Source: Bacillota bacterium (lineage in GTDB: Bacteria > Bacillota > Clostridia > Saccharofermentanales > DTU023). Taken from it: a stretch of DNA of 64,000 bases. A program made the translations under genes and the position numbers. Positions 29,667-38,705 of this stretch are shown here, piece by piece. How positions within the stretch are numbered: position 1 is the stretch's first letter; each line of letters starts with the position of its first letter. The notes below the pieces were generated by a model that was not told where the DNA came from, searched no databases, and saw only the letters and a program-made list of their open reading frames with translations. The stretch is from assembly GCA_023622515.1 (NCBI GenBank), contig JAMNZB010000029.1, positions 13,789 to 77,788 of the forward strand, in the 5' to 3' direction.

Positions 29667-32600
29667 ATGAGTCGCACGTTGATCGCATTAGAGCAATTTT
29701 ATGAGACTATTTCTGATGGGCGGTTGGACTTTCCACGTATTCCTGCCTATCTTTGCGGAGTCTGCCCTGCGCTTGCGGCTAATGATGTGCTGGTCATTAG
29801 CGTTCTTTGCGATAAATTGTTTCCCTTAGAGGATCTGATAAAGGCTGAGCTTTGTTTTGAGCAAGCGCTAAGCTATCCTCATGTTGCCTTGAAATTGCAT
29901 TTTCCCCCGACCTATGAGCCCGAGTGGACCTCTCAGCTTTCGGCTATAGAAAAGTGGCTTGCCCGCCATGCTATTGCCTGTGGCACGATAGAGGATCGTT
30001 TGTTTGCCGAGGGAAAGGCAGAGGCCATTACTTCCGGTAAAATACTTTGGCAAATCAGTGAGATAAATTACCGCATCCTCCAGGAAGACAAAGCCGCCTA
30101 TCAGGCTCTTTGGGACTTGATTGGCCTTCCCGGTCTTGATTTACAACTGGTCCGGGCTCAGTCGACGACCTGTCCGCAAAGCCTTCTTGCAGAACAATTA
30201 CGCAGCGTTGAACTTAGGGCCCAAAATCAACATACCAGTCCCATTCAAAAAGCTAAGCCTGAGAAAACTCCGGAAAAATCAAGCTATGCCCAAAGGAAAG
30301 GAAGTCGAGAAGACCTGATCTGGGGAAAGAAAATCAATACCAAGCTAGATCTCTTGGAACTTGAAGACCTAAGCCTGGACATGAATCTGGTACGTACTTT
30401 TGGCAAGGTGCAGGACCTTGAGATTCGGATACCCGGCTCGGGCAGCCCCATGATTAAGTTCCTTCTTGTCCACAAGTGCCGGGCCTTGCGTTGTTTGATG
30501 TGGGTCAAGGCGGACCAGGTAGACGAGCTGGTTCAGGCCTTGGATAAAGAAGAGGTTGAAATCTATGCCGATCTTGAATGGAATGAGCGATTTGAACGCG
30601 ACTTTCAAGCGAAAATTCGTGGTATCCGAAAAACAACGATAACAAAAAGCATACCGGCCGATACTTGTCCTGAAAAGCGAGTAGAGCTTCATATTCACTC
30701 CAAACTTTCCGCTAAAGACGCCTGTAGTACACCCCGCAATATTGTTGAGCGGGCTGTTGCTTATGGACATGAGGCAGTGGCTATTACCGATCATGGTGTT
30801 GTCCAAGGTTTTCCCGAAGCTGTTCAAGCTAGTCGAGATATGGCCAAGCAAGGGAAGCCGATCAAAGTTATTTATGGCATGGAAGGCTATCTGGTTCAAG
30901 ATGGTCCCACTGTTTTTATTGCGCCGAATGAGGCTGGGGCTGAGGCCTGCCATTCTCTGGCGGCACTTTCTTTGGCTTTTGAAAGCATAGCAGAAGAAGA
31001 GTTCTTGATTAGAGCCAAGCTCCTTAAAAGGGCGATGAGTCCCGAAGGCTTGTGTGGTGTGACCGAGTCCTTGGACTTAGACCTATATGCCGGTGACCCG
31101 GCCCGGAAGCTAGCTAGGGAAGAGCTCCTCCAAAGAGAGGAAGACCTGCTAAGAAAGATAGCGGCTTTCTTAAATGGGGCTGCCTTCCTTTCCTTGGGTG
31201 GACTTGAGGACTTAAATCGTTTGCGTCGAGCGGCTTTTAAAAGAGAAAAAACTAAGGCGAAGGTTAAGTTTAATCCCCCTTATCTCGACCTAAAACTCTT
31301 GTTGGAGCGCTTGAATTTGCATGAAGGACTACCGGAGGGACCGGCTCAAGTCCTAGCAAAGCCGACTGGCCTTTTTCTTGATTTTACGGACTTGGACCAG
31401 CTTCTTGACCTGTTTAACCTAGCTTGGCAGGCAAGTCAGGCCGAGGATTGGGCGGGTTTGAATAAGCGATGTGGCCATCTTGACTTTGAAGACTTGCGTG
31501 AAAAAAAGACGAAGACCAACCATATTATCCTCTTGGCCAGTAATGATTTAGGGCTCTATCACCTCTACCGCCTGGTTTCAGTATCACATATGGAGAACTT
31601 TTATTTTAGACCTCGTATTTCCGCTTCGAAATTAAGCTATTTTACGGAGGGCCTGATCATTGGGGGGGCTTGCATTTATGGGGAAGTTTTTTCTGCAGTC
31701 TGGCAAGCTTTCCGCGCATCCGGCTCTGATGAGGAGAAGACTAGGAGTGGTTTCCAAGAAGAAAAGTGGAAGCAACTAGTCGATAAATATGACTACTTGG
31801 AAGTCCAGCCTCTGGCTAACAATCAATTTTTACTGACTAAGGAAGATAGCGGGGTAAAAAGTAGGGAGGACCTCCGCTCTCTGGTGCGTTTGATTGTTGA
31901 TCTTGGCGAACTTTATAATAAGCCGGTTTGTGCAACTTGTGATTCGCACTTTATCGATAAGGAGGATAGCATTTATCGGGAAATTATCATGTCCAGCATG
32001 GGCTTTGATGACAATGAGCAGCCTGCCCCTTTAACCTTCCGCTCTACCGATCAAATGCTGGAGGAATTTGCCTATTTAGGTGAGGAAAAGGCCTTTGAAG
32101 TTGTCGTGACGAACACACAAAAGATTGCCAGAGCGGTTGCTGATGATATGACCCCCTTTCCTCAGGGCTCCTATCCTCCGGAAATCGAGGATAGTGATTG
32201 CCGCTTAAGGAAGCTGGCCTATGATGAAGCCTTTGCCCGATATGGCAAAGATGGCCAACTGCCAAGTGATATTGCGGAACGCCTGGAAAAAGAACTAAGT
32301 GCAGTTATCGATAACGGCTATGCTGTAATGTATGATATTGCCCATAAGCTTGTCGAAAAATCTAATGAAGATGGCTATATTGTTGGTTCGAGGGGGTCGG
32401 TTGGCTCCTCTGTCTTGGCGACCTTTTGTGGAATTAGTGAAGTTAATCCCTTGCCACCCCACTATATTTGCCCCCATTGCCACTACTATGAGGTAGATAC
32501 CAGTGGGGCCTACGGATCAGGTTTTGACCTACCTAAAAAGAATTGTCCGGACTGTGGTCAAGAATTGGTCCGAGATGGTCAGGATATCCCTTTTGCGACC

Positions 32601-34091
32601 TTCCTCGGCTTCGATGGAAACAAACAACCGGATATCGACTTGAACTTTTCCGGTGTCTATCAGCCCCAGGCCCATGCCTACTTAGAAGAATTATTTGGAA
32701 CTGACTACACCTACCGGGCCGGGACCATTAACGGCTATGCAGAAAAGCTCTCGACAGCTTTAGTCCTTGAGTATTGCGAAAGCCATGGTCTCCATTTGGG
32801 CTATAACAACATCAATCAACTGGCCAAGGGAATCCAAGGGGTAAAAGTCTCCACCGGCCAGCATCCGGGCGGGATTATGGTTTTGCCTTCCGACCGCGAA
32901 ATTTATGATTTTACTCCGATTCAGTATCCGGCTAATAAAAAAGAAAAGGGAATTGTGACGACTCATTTTGATTTCCGTTCACTTGAAGACACGATTCTAA
33001 AAATAGATGCGCTTGGCCATGATGATCCCACCATGCTCAAGATGCTCAGTGATATGACCGGTGTTGCGATTGCGGATATCCCTATTCCGGACGAGCGGGT
33101 GATGGCCTTGTTTAGAAGTACTGAGGCTATTGGGATTCCTCCGGAAGAATCTATGATAGGCAGTGCAACCATAGGGCTTCCTGAAGTGGGTACCATCTTA
33201 GCAAGGTCCATGATTGAAGAAACAAAACCTACTCGCTTTTACGACCTGGTTCAGCTTTCCGGACTTTCACACGGAACAGGGGTTTGGCAGGACAATGCCC
33301 AGGATCTGATACGGAACGGTACCTGCACCATTAACGAAGTCATCGGCTGTCGGGACAGCATCATGAACAACCTGATCTATGCCGGGTTGTCATCAATTGA
33401 TGCCTTTACGATCATGGAGCAAGTTCGTAAGGGGCGAGGTCTGAGAGATGAACAGGTTGAACTTATGCGTCAGCATGGAGTACCGGAATGGTATATAGAA
33501 TCTTGTAAAAAAATTGAATATCTCTTTCCCAAGGCCCATGCTGCTGCCTACTCTATTTCAACCCAGAGAGTTGCCTACTTTAAGGTCTACTATCCTGAAG
33601 CCTTCTACTCAGTATGGTTTACCATAAAAGGCCGGGATTTTTCCAGAGAAGAACACTTGCTTGACCCGGAAGCCATTAAAGCCAGGCGCCTAGAGCAGCG
33701 CAAAAACTTTTCCCGCTTGAGCAAGAAGGAACAAGATGCCTTCTATGTCCTCGAACTGGTTGAGGAGATGCAGGCAAGGGATATATATTTTTTACCTCTG
33801 GACTTGGAGAAGTCTCATGCCCACGAGTTCAAAAGTCCGGAGAAAGGTTTTATCCGGCCTCCTCTAGATGCCATTAGCGGAATATCCGAAGCAATGGCTT
33901 ATCAAGTCACACGGGCCAGGGAAGCAGGGGGGCCTTTCAAGACGGTGGATGACTTGCGTCGGCGCTCCGGTCTGGGGGATGCTGCGATTAACTATCTGCG
34001 TGATGCCGGAGTCTTGCGCGGTTTGCCTGAAAGTTCTCAGCTTAGTCTTTTTGAATTTGTAGCGAAAGAGCAAAGGGTTGATTTCGTATGA
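29667..34091 (+). CDS. polC: DNA polymerase III alpha subunit, PolC type (exonuclease-like insert lacks catalytic motifs)
   Basis: OB-fold region and PHP motifs (HIHSKLS, ITDHG). The C-terminal two thirds read as collinear with B. subtilis PolC as I recall it (GSRGSVGSS, PPHYICPHC, PDIDLNFSG, GQHPGGI, LGHDDPT, KAHAAAY, QLSLF). Confidence 0.93.
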   Translation: MSRTLIALEQFYETISDGRLDFPRIPAYLCGVCPALAANDVLVISVLCDKLFPLEDLIKAELCFEQALSYPHVALKLHFPPTYEPEWTSQLSAIEKWLARHAIACGTIEDRLFAEGKAEAITSGKILWQISEINYRILQEDKAAYQALWDLIGLPGLDLQLVRAQSTTCPQSLLAEQLRSVELRAQNQHTSPIQKAKPEKTPEKSSYAQRKGSREDLIWGKKINTKLDLLELEDLSLDMNLVRTFGKVQDLEIRIPGSGSPMIKFLLVHKCRALRCLMWVKADQVDELVQALDKEEVEIYADLEWNERFERDFQAKIRGIRKTTITKSIPADTCPEKRVELHIHSKLSAKDACSTPRNIVERAVAYGHEAVAITDHGVVQGFPEAVQASRDMAKQGKPIKVIYGMEGYLVQDGPTVFIAPNEAGAEACHSLAALSLAFESIAEEEFLIRAKLLKRAMSPEGLCGVTESLDLDLYAGDPARKLAREELLQREEDLLRKIAAFLNGAAFLSLGGLEDLNRLRRAAFKREKTKAKVKFNPPYLDLKLLLERLNLHEGLPEGPAQVLAKPTGLFLDFTDLDQLLDLFNLAWQASQAEDWAGLNKRCGHLDFEDLREKKTKTNHIILLASNDLGLYHLYRLVSVSHMENFYFRPRISASKLSYFTEGLIIGGACIYGEVFSAVWQAFRASGSDEEKTRSGFQEEKWKQLVDKYDYLEVQPLANNQFLLTKEDSGVKSREDLRSLVRLIVDLGELYNKPVCATCDSHFIDKEDSIYREIIMSSMGFDDNEQPAPLTFRSTDQMLEEFAYLGEEKAFEVVVTNTQKIARAVADDMTPFPQGSYPPEIEDSDCRLRKLAYDEAFARYGKDGQLPSDIAERLEKELSAVIDNGYAVMYDIAHKLVEKSNEDGYIVGSRGSVGSSVLATFCGISEVNPLPPHYICPHCHYYEVDTSGAYGSGFDLPKKNCPDCGQELVRDGQDIPFATFLGFDGNKQPDIDLNFSGVYQPQAHAYLEELFGTDYTYRAGTINGYAEKLSTALVLEYCESHGLHLGYNNINQLAKGIQGVKVSTGQHPGGIMVLPSDREIYDFTPIQYPANKKEKGIVTTHFDFRSLEDTILKIDALGHDDPTMLKMLSDMTGVAIADIPIPDERVMALFRSTEAIGIPPEESMIGSATIGLPEVGTILARSMIEETKPTRFYDLVQLSGLSHGTGVWQDNAQDLIRNGTCTINEVIGCRDSIMNNLIYAGLSSIDAFTIMEQVRKGRGLRDEQVELMRQHGVPEWYIESCKKIEYLFPKAHAAAYSISTQRVAYFKVYYPEAFYSVWFTIKGRDFSREEHLLDPEAIKARRLEQRKNFSRLSKKEQDAFYVLELVEEMQARDIYFLPLDLEKSHAHEFKSPEKGFIRPPLDAISGISEAMAYQVTRAREAGGPFKTVDDLRRRSGLGDAAINYLRDAGVLRGLPESSQLSLFEFVAKEQRVDFV

Positions 34092-36337
34092 TGGTTGTCG
34101 ATGTTTATTTGTGCCGCTCAACGCGTGATTTTGATCAGGCCTACACCTACCTTCCGCCTGACTCAATCCCTTGGGAAGACCTGGAGGAAGGTGCTGTTGT
34201 TGAAGTTCCCTTTGGCCGGGGCAACACGCTTCGTAAAGCTTGGATTTGGCGTATTCGCAAGGCGGAGGAAAGGGATTGTATCAAATTGAAAAAAATCCAA
34301 GCGATAAAATCGAAATCGCTTTTGCGAAGTGATCAGTTCCGCTTAGCAAAAGAGATGCGCAGACGCTACTTTTGTTCAATGTCCCAAGCCCTGCAGGTGA
34401 TGGCCCCGCCTAGTATTTTAACAAGTGGCGAAAAGACCCAGCGCTATACCCGCTTGCTTGATGCGGAAGAAGCCGTCCTCCTGCTGGAAGAGGGTTCGCT
34501 ACGTTCGCTTGGTCAAATCCGTGTCCTTGAATTTTTGCTCGAGCTAGGGGAGGCCAGCCTCCAAGAAGTGATGGCCGGTTGCCAAGTTTCCAGAGCGGTA
34601 CTGGATGGCCTGCGCAGAAAAAAACTGATTGAAAATTTTAATAAAGAAGTTGAAGTGACCCCGCCGGAAATGGAAGTGCTTGAGGAGGCAAAGGAACACC
34701 AACTAAATAAAGAGCAGGAACTTGCTTTATCTACTATTGTTAACGGTCAAGAGAAGCATCCCTATTCGGAGTTTTTACTCCATGGTGTGACCGGAAGCGG
34801 TAAGACGGAGGTCTACCTCCGAGCGGCAGAGGCTGTCCTCAAGGCAGGCCGCGATGTTATTATCCTGGTTCCTGAAATATCCTTAACCCCTCTGATTTGC
34901 AACAGGATTCTCAATCGCTTTGGTAAGTCGGCTGCTATTTTACATAGCCGCCTGACCCCTCGTGAACGTTATGAACAATGGCGCAGTATTCGCAGTGGGG
35001 AAAAGCGCCTGGTGGCCGGTGCCAGATCAGCTATCTTTGCCCCGCTCAAGGATATTGGCCTTATTGTTATTGATGAAGAGCAAGAAAGTAGCTATAAGTC
35101 AGAGCGTACGCCTCGCTATCAGGCTGCTGATATTGCCCGCATGCGGGCTGCCATGCACCAGGCAAAACTTGTTTTAGCCTCGGCAACCCCCTCCATTGTG
35201 ACCTATGCGCGAAGTGAAGGCGGACGTTCCACAAGGCTTGTTTTATCAGAGCGGGCAGGTGTTGCCGTAATACCGGAAGTAAGTATTGTGGATATGCGAA
35301 ATGAGTATGCCCATGATAGCAAAACCATTATCAGTCGTGGTCTTAAAGCCGCACTTGCCAATAGTTTTTCCCGGGGAGAGCAGGCCATGATTTTTCTCAA
35401 CCGGCGAGGGCACAGCAGCTCCTTACTATGCCGGGAATGCGGCTTCATTTTAAAATGCCGATACTGCGAAGTTGCCCTTACGGAACATAAAAACCCCAGG
35501 AGGGCAAGACAACACAAGATGATCTGCCACTATTGCGGCAACATCGTTGATGTACCTGAGGCTTGTCCTGATTGCGGCTCTGAACGTATTGACCGCTTCG
35601 GCGTGGGGACCCAGCAGGCTGAAGAGCACCTGCAAGAACTTTTTCCGGAGAGAAAATTTTTGCGGATGGATTTTGATACGACCCTTGGACCTTCCGGGCA
35701 CGCAAAAATCCTCAGTGCCTTTGCCAGGCATGAGGCCGATTGCCTTATAGGGACACAGATGATTGCTAAAGGGCATGATTTCCCGAAAGTGACAACAGTA
35801 GGGATTCTTTCCGCAGACCTCTTGCTTGCCCAGCATGATTATGCGGCTGAAGAACGAGCCTTTCAATTGATTTGCCAGGCAGCAGGCAGGGCGGGGCGTC
35901 ATAATCTGCAAGGGGCGGTCTATATTCAGAGTTTCAACCCTCAAAATCCGGCTATTCAAGCTGCAGCAAAGCAGGATTATACGGCCTTTTATCTAGAGGA
36001 AATCCACAGGCGAAAAGTATTATCCTATCCGCCATTTAGCGATATCGGGCTCATAATGTGTACCGCTTTCCGGGAAAGTCAGGCCAAAAGAGCAGGTGAG
36101 CAAGTGTATATGGAGTTAATGCATCTTGTCAAAAAGAATAACTTAGAAAATAAGCTTCGGATTTTTCCTCCACAAGAGGCACCGATAGCACGTCTCCGTA
36201 ACCGCTGGCGCTATCGCCTTATAGTAAAGGCAAAATCTCTTGAAATCCTGGTAAGAATATTAACCTATATCAACGATCTGCCCGGACGAGACGGGGTCCA
36301 AATTACTTGTGATGTAAATCCGACAAGAATGACCTAA
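34088..36337 (+). CDS. priA: primosomal protein N-prime (replication restart helicase PriA)
   Basis: GVTGSGKTEVY, DEEQE, Cys-rich zinc fingers (CRECG, CRYCE, CHYCG, CPDCG) and GRAGR. Confidence 0.93.
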   Translation: MMVVDVYLCRSTRDFDQAYTYLPPDSIPWEDLEEGAVVEVPFGRGNTLRKAWIWRIRKAEERDCIKLKKIQAIKSKSLLRSDQFRLAKEMRRRYFCSMSQALQVMAPPSILTSGEKTQRYTRLLDAEEAVLLLEEGSLRSLGQIRVLEFLLELGEASLQEVMAGCQVSRAVLDGLRRKKLIENFNKEVEVTPPEMEVLEEAKEHQLNKEQELALSTIVNGQEKHPYSEFLLHGVTGSGKTEVYLRAAEAVLKAGRDVIILVPEISLTPLICNRILNRFGKSAAILHSRLTPRERYEQWRSIRSGEKRLVAGARSAIFAPLKDIGLIVIDEEQESSYKSERTPRYQAADIARMRAAMHQAKLVLASATPSIVTYARSEGGRSTRLVLSERAGVAVIPEVSIVDMRNEYAHDSKTIISRGLKAALANSFSRGEQAMIFLNRRGHSSSLLCRECGFILKCRYCEVALTEHKNPRRARQHKMICHYCGNIVDVPEACPDCGSERIDRFGVGTQQAEEHLQELFPERKFLRMDFDTTLGPSGHAKILSAFARHEADCLIGTQMIAKGHDFPKVTTVGILSADLLLAQHDYAAEERAFQLICQAAGRAGRHNLQGAVYIQSFNPQNPAIQAAAKQDYTAFYLEEIHRRKVLSYPPFSDIGLIMCTAFRESQAKRAGEQVYMELMHLVKKNNLENKLRIFPPQEAPIARLRNRWRYRLIVKAKSLEILVRILTYINDLPGRDGVQITCDVNPTRMT

Positions 36338-36401
36338 TCAGAAATAAACGAGATATGGTAAAATGAGGGGCAGAGCTTAAAAAGTAGTCGAGGAAAAGAA
36401 G

Positions 36402-36917
36402 ATGGCATTAAGAAAAGTATTTCATGAGGGAGATGAGGTTTTAAGAAAGAAAAGTCGCAAGGTGGAGCGTTTTGACGAGCGCCTGGCGGAGCTGGCCGGT
36501 GATATGATTGAAACCATGCACCATGAAAATGGAGTCGGCCTTGCTGCTCCGCAAGTTGGCATTTTAAAACGGCTTTTTGTCATGAATATTGAAGAAGAGG
36601 AAGGGGATGTCGTTGTAATAAATCCGGAAATCATTGCTCAGGATGGAACGCAAAAAGAAATCGAAGGCTGCCTTTCCCTGCCCGGCCTTTATGCTTACGT
36701 AAATAGGCCGGAAAAACTGGTCTTGAAATACCAAAATCTTGCCGGAGAAGAAAAAACGCTTGAAGCGGAGGGTTTGAAAGCCATTTGTATTTGTCATGAA
36801 ACGGATCACTTGGATGGAATTCTCTTCTGCGATAAGGCAGAGGGAGAATTAATGCATCTAAATGAGGACGGAGAACTTGTTGCCCCAAACAAAAGGCTCG
36901 ATGAGGAGGAAGGATAA
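36402..36917 (+). CDS. def: peptide deformylase
   Basis: GVGLAAPQVG, EGCLS and HETDH motifs. Confidence 0.93.
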   Translation: MALRKVFHEGDEVLRKKSRKVERFDERLAELAGDMIETMHHENGVGLAAPQVGILKRLFVMNIEEEEGDVVVINPEIIAQDGTQKEIEGCLSLPGLYAYVNRPEKLVLKYQNLAGEEKTLEAEGLKAICICHETDHLDGILFCDKAEGELMHLNEDGELVAPNKRLDEEEG

Positions 36918-36918
36918 T

Positions 36919-37959
36919 ATGCAGGCTAAAAGAGAAGGGCTCAGCAAACTGGAGTTTTCCTCACGTCAAGAATTTGCCGATCAAAACTTTATGGCAGCAA
37001 GCCCGGAGGATAAAGAAAAGCGGATTTTATATATGGGCTGTTCAGATTTTTCCCTGCCCCCTCTACAAGTCTTAGCAGAGGAGGGTTTTCATCTTGTGGG
37101 TGTGGCGACCCAGCCGGACCGGCCCGTTGGCAGAAAGCAAAAACTTACGCCTACTTGTGTAAAAGTGCTGGCTGAAGAATTGGCCATACCGGTGTATGAA
37201 TGGTCTGACTTGAGGAATCCCGAGGTTCTTTCCGAGATAGAAAGAATAGCCCCTGAACTTATCATTACTTCTTCTTATGGCAATATTTTGCCGAAGAAGA
37301 TTATAGACTACCCGAAATATTCCTGCCTGAACTTGCATCCCTCTATCTTGCCGCGCTGGAGAGGGGCCTCACCTGTCGCCTCGGCTATTTTAGCCGGCGA
37401 TAAAGAAACGGCTATCTCGCTCTTGCAAATGACGGAGGGGTTGGACAACGGACCGGTGCTTGCCTCTGTTAAGCTGCCGATAGAAGATGAGTATGATACG
37501 CCAATGCTTACAGCTATTCTGGCCGATTTGTCCGCCGATCTCTTGCTTGCCGCCTTACCCTATTGGCTTCGCGGCTTAGTGGATGTGCGGGTGCAGGACG
37601 AGGCGGGGGCGACCTATGCCAAGAAATTGTCTCGCGAAGACGGCCTCTTGGATTTTACCAAGTCGGTCCGTGATAATATGAATAAGGTCCGTGCCTTAAA
37701 TCCCTGGCCGGGTGCCTATACTTTTTACCAAGGGAAACGCTATAAAATTTACAAGGCTTCTATCCTTGAGGAAAACACCTGTTTTCCGGAGGGAAATCCG
37801 GGCCAGGTTGTAAGAAGAGGAAAGAATCTTGTCATCCGGTGCAAGGATGGACTTTTGTGTGTAGAAATCTTACAAGGGCCCGGGGGCAAAAAACTGCAAG
37901 CCTGTGATTGCTACCATAATTTTGCCGCGGGAAGCTGTTTTTCTTCCGAATGCGAATAA
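36919..37959 (+). CDS. fmt: methionyl-tRNA formyltransferase (with an N-terminal extension of about 34 aa)
   Basis: RILYMGCSDFSLPPL, NLHPSILPRWRGASP and the C-terminal domain. A strong RBS (GAGGAGGAAGG) precedes ATG 36919. The ORF-track start 36862 lies inside def. Confidence 0.88.
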   Translation: MQAKREGLSKLEFSSRQEFADQNFMAASPEDKEKRILYMGCSDFSLPPLQVLAEEGFHLVGVATQPDRPVGRKQKLTPTCVKVLAEELAIPVYEWSDLRNPEVLSEIERIAPELIITSSYGNILPKKIIDYPKYSCLNLHPSILPRWRGASPVASAILAGDKETAISLLQMTEGLDNGPVLASVKLPIEDEYDTPMLTAILADLSADLLLAALPYWLRGLVDVRVQDEAGATYAKKLSREDGLLDFTKSVRDNMNKVRALNPWPGAYTFYQGKRYKIYKASILEENTCFPEGNPGQVVRRGKNLVIRCKDGLLCVEILQGPGGKKLQACDCYHNFAAGSCFSSECE

Positions 37960-37978
37960 TAAAAAAGGAGACCATACA

Positions 37979-38692
37979 ATGATGAATACTATCTTAGCTT
38001 ATCTCTATTTTCCTATTGATCGTTGGTACTACATTCTGGTAGTACCTGCGCTCATATTCTCCTTATATGCACAGCTTAAGGTGAAAAGAGCCTTTTCCAA
38101 GTACAGCGGCGTACAGAATCGGCGGGGAATCACCGGCCAGCAAGTGGCCAATGACATCCTGCAACAGAACAATATTCATTCCGTACGTGTAGAACGTGTT
38201 GCCGGCAGTCTGACGGACCACTATAGCCCTAAAGAGAAGCTTATACGTCTGTCTGAACCGGTGCATAGTGAAAAGAGTATTGCTGCCCTGGGTGTTGCGG
38301 CCCATGAAGCAGGCCATGCTGTGCAGTATGCTGTTGACTATGCCCCGATTCGATTGCGGAGCATTATATATCCTCTTGCTTCAATTGGCTCCTCGGCCGG
38401 TCCCTATCTTGCTTTTCTCGGTCTCTTGATGCAGCTGGATTTTTTGTTTACCTTGGGCCTTTTTTTCTTCGGCGTCGCTGTTGCCTTTTATCTTGTTACC
38501 CTGCCTGTTGAGTTTGATGCCTCAAAACGGGCGATTGCTGTTTTAGAGGAGGGGGGCTATCTTAGTCCTGAAGAGCTGAGGGGGGCAAAAGCGGTATTAA
38601 AGGCCGCCGCCTTAACTTATGTTGCTTCTGCCTTAACAGCTTTTGCCAGCTTGTTGCGTCTCATTATGTTGCGTAATAACAGTAGACGCTAA
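37979..38692 (+). CDS. membrane zinc metallopeptidase (Zn_peptidase_2-like)
   Basis: HEAGHAVQ motif, TM helices and a typical N-terminus YFPIDRWYYILV. RBS AAGGAG precedes ATG 37979. Confidence 0.8.
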   Translation: MMNTILAYLYFPIDRWYYILVVPALIFSLYAQLKVKRAFSKYSGVQNRRGITGQQVANDILQQNNIHSVRVERVAGSLTDHYSPKEKLIRLSEPVHSEKSIAALGVAAHEAGHAVQYAVDYAPIRLRSIIYPLASIGSSAGPYLAFLGLLMQLDFLFTLGLFFFGVAVAFYLVTLPVEFDASKRAIAVLEEGGYLSPEELRGAKAVLKAAALTYVASALTAFASLLRLIMLRNNSRR

Positions 38693-38705
38693 GACTAAGG
38701 CGCAA

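Noticed and set aside
36862-36918. ORF-track start of fmt at 36862, inside def. Similar upstream extensions occur for rpsB (21310), rseP (27149), rsmB (38643), the Zn peptidase (37904), rsgA (43991), tmcAL (49267) and the M50 protease (12294).
   Set aside because: In each case a downstream start has a clear Shine-Dalgarno sequence and gives the conserved family N-terminus. The extensions overlap upstream genes, promoters or leaders.
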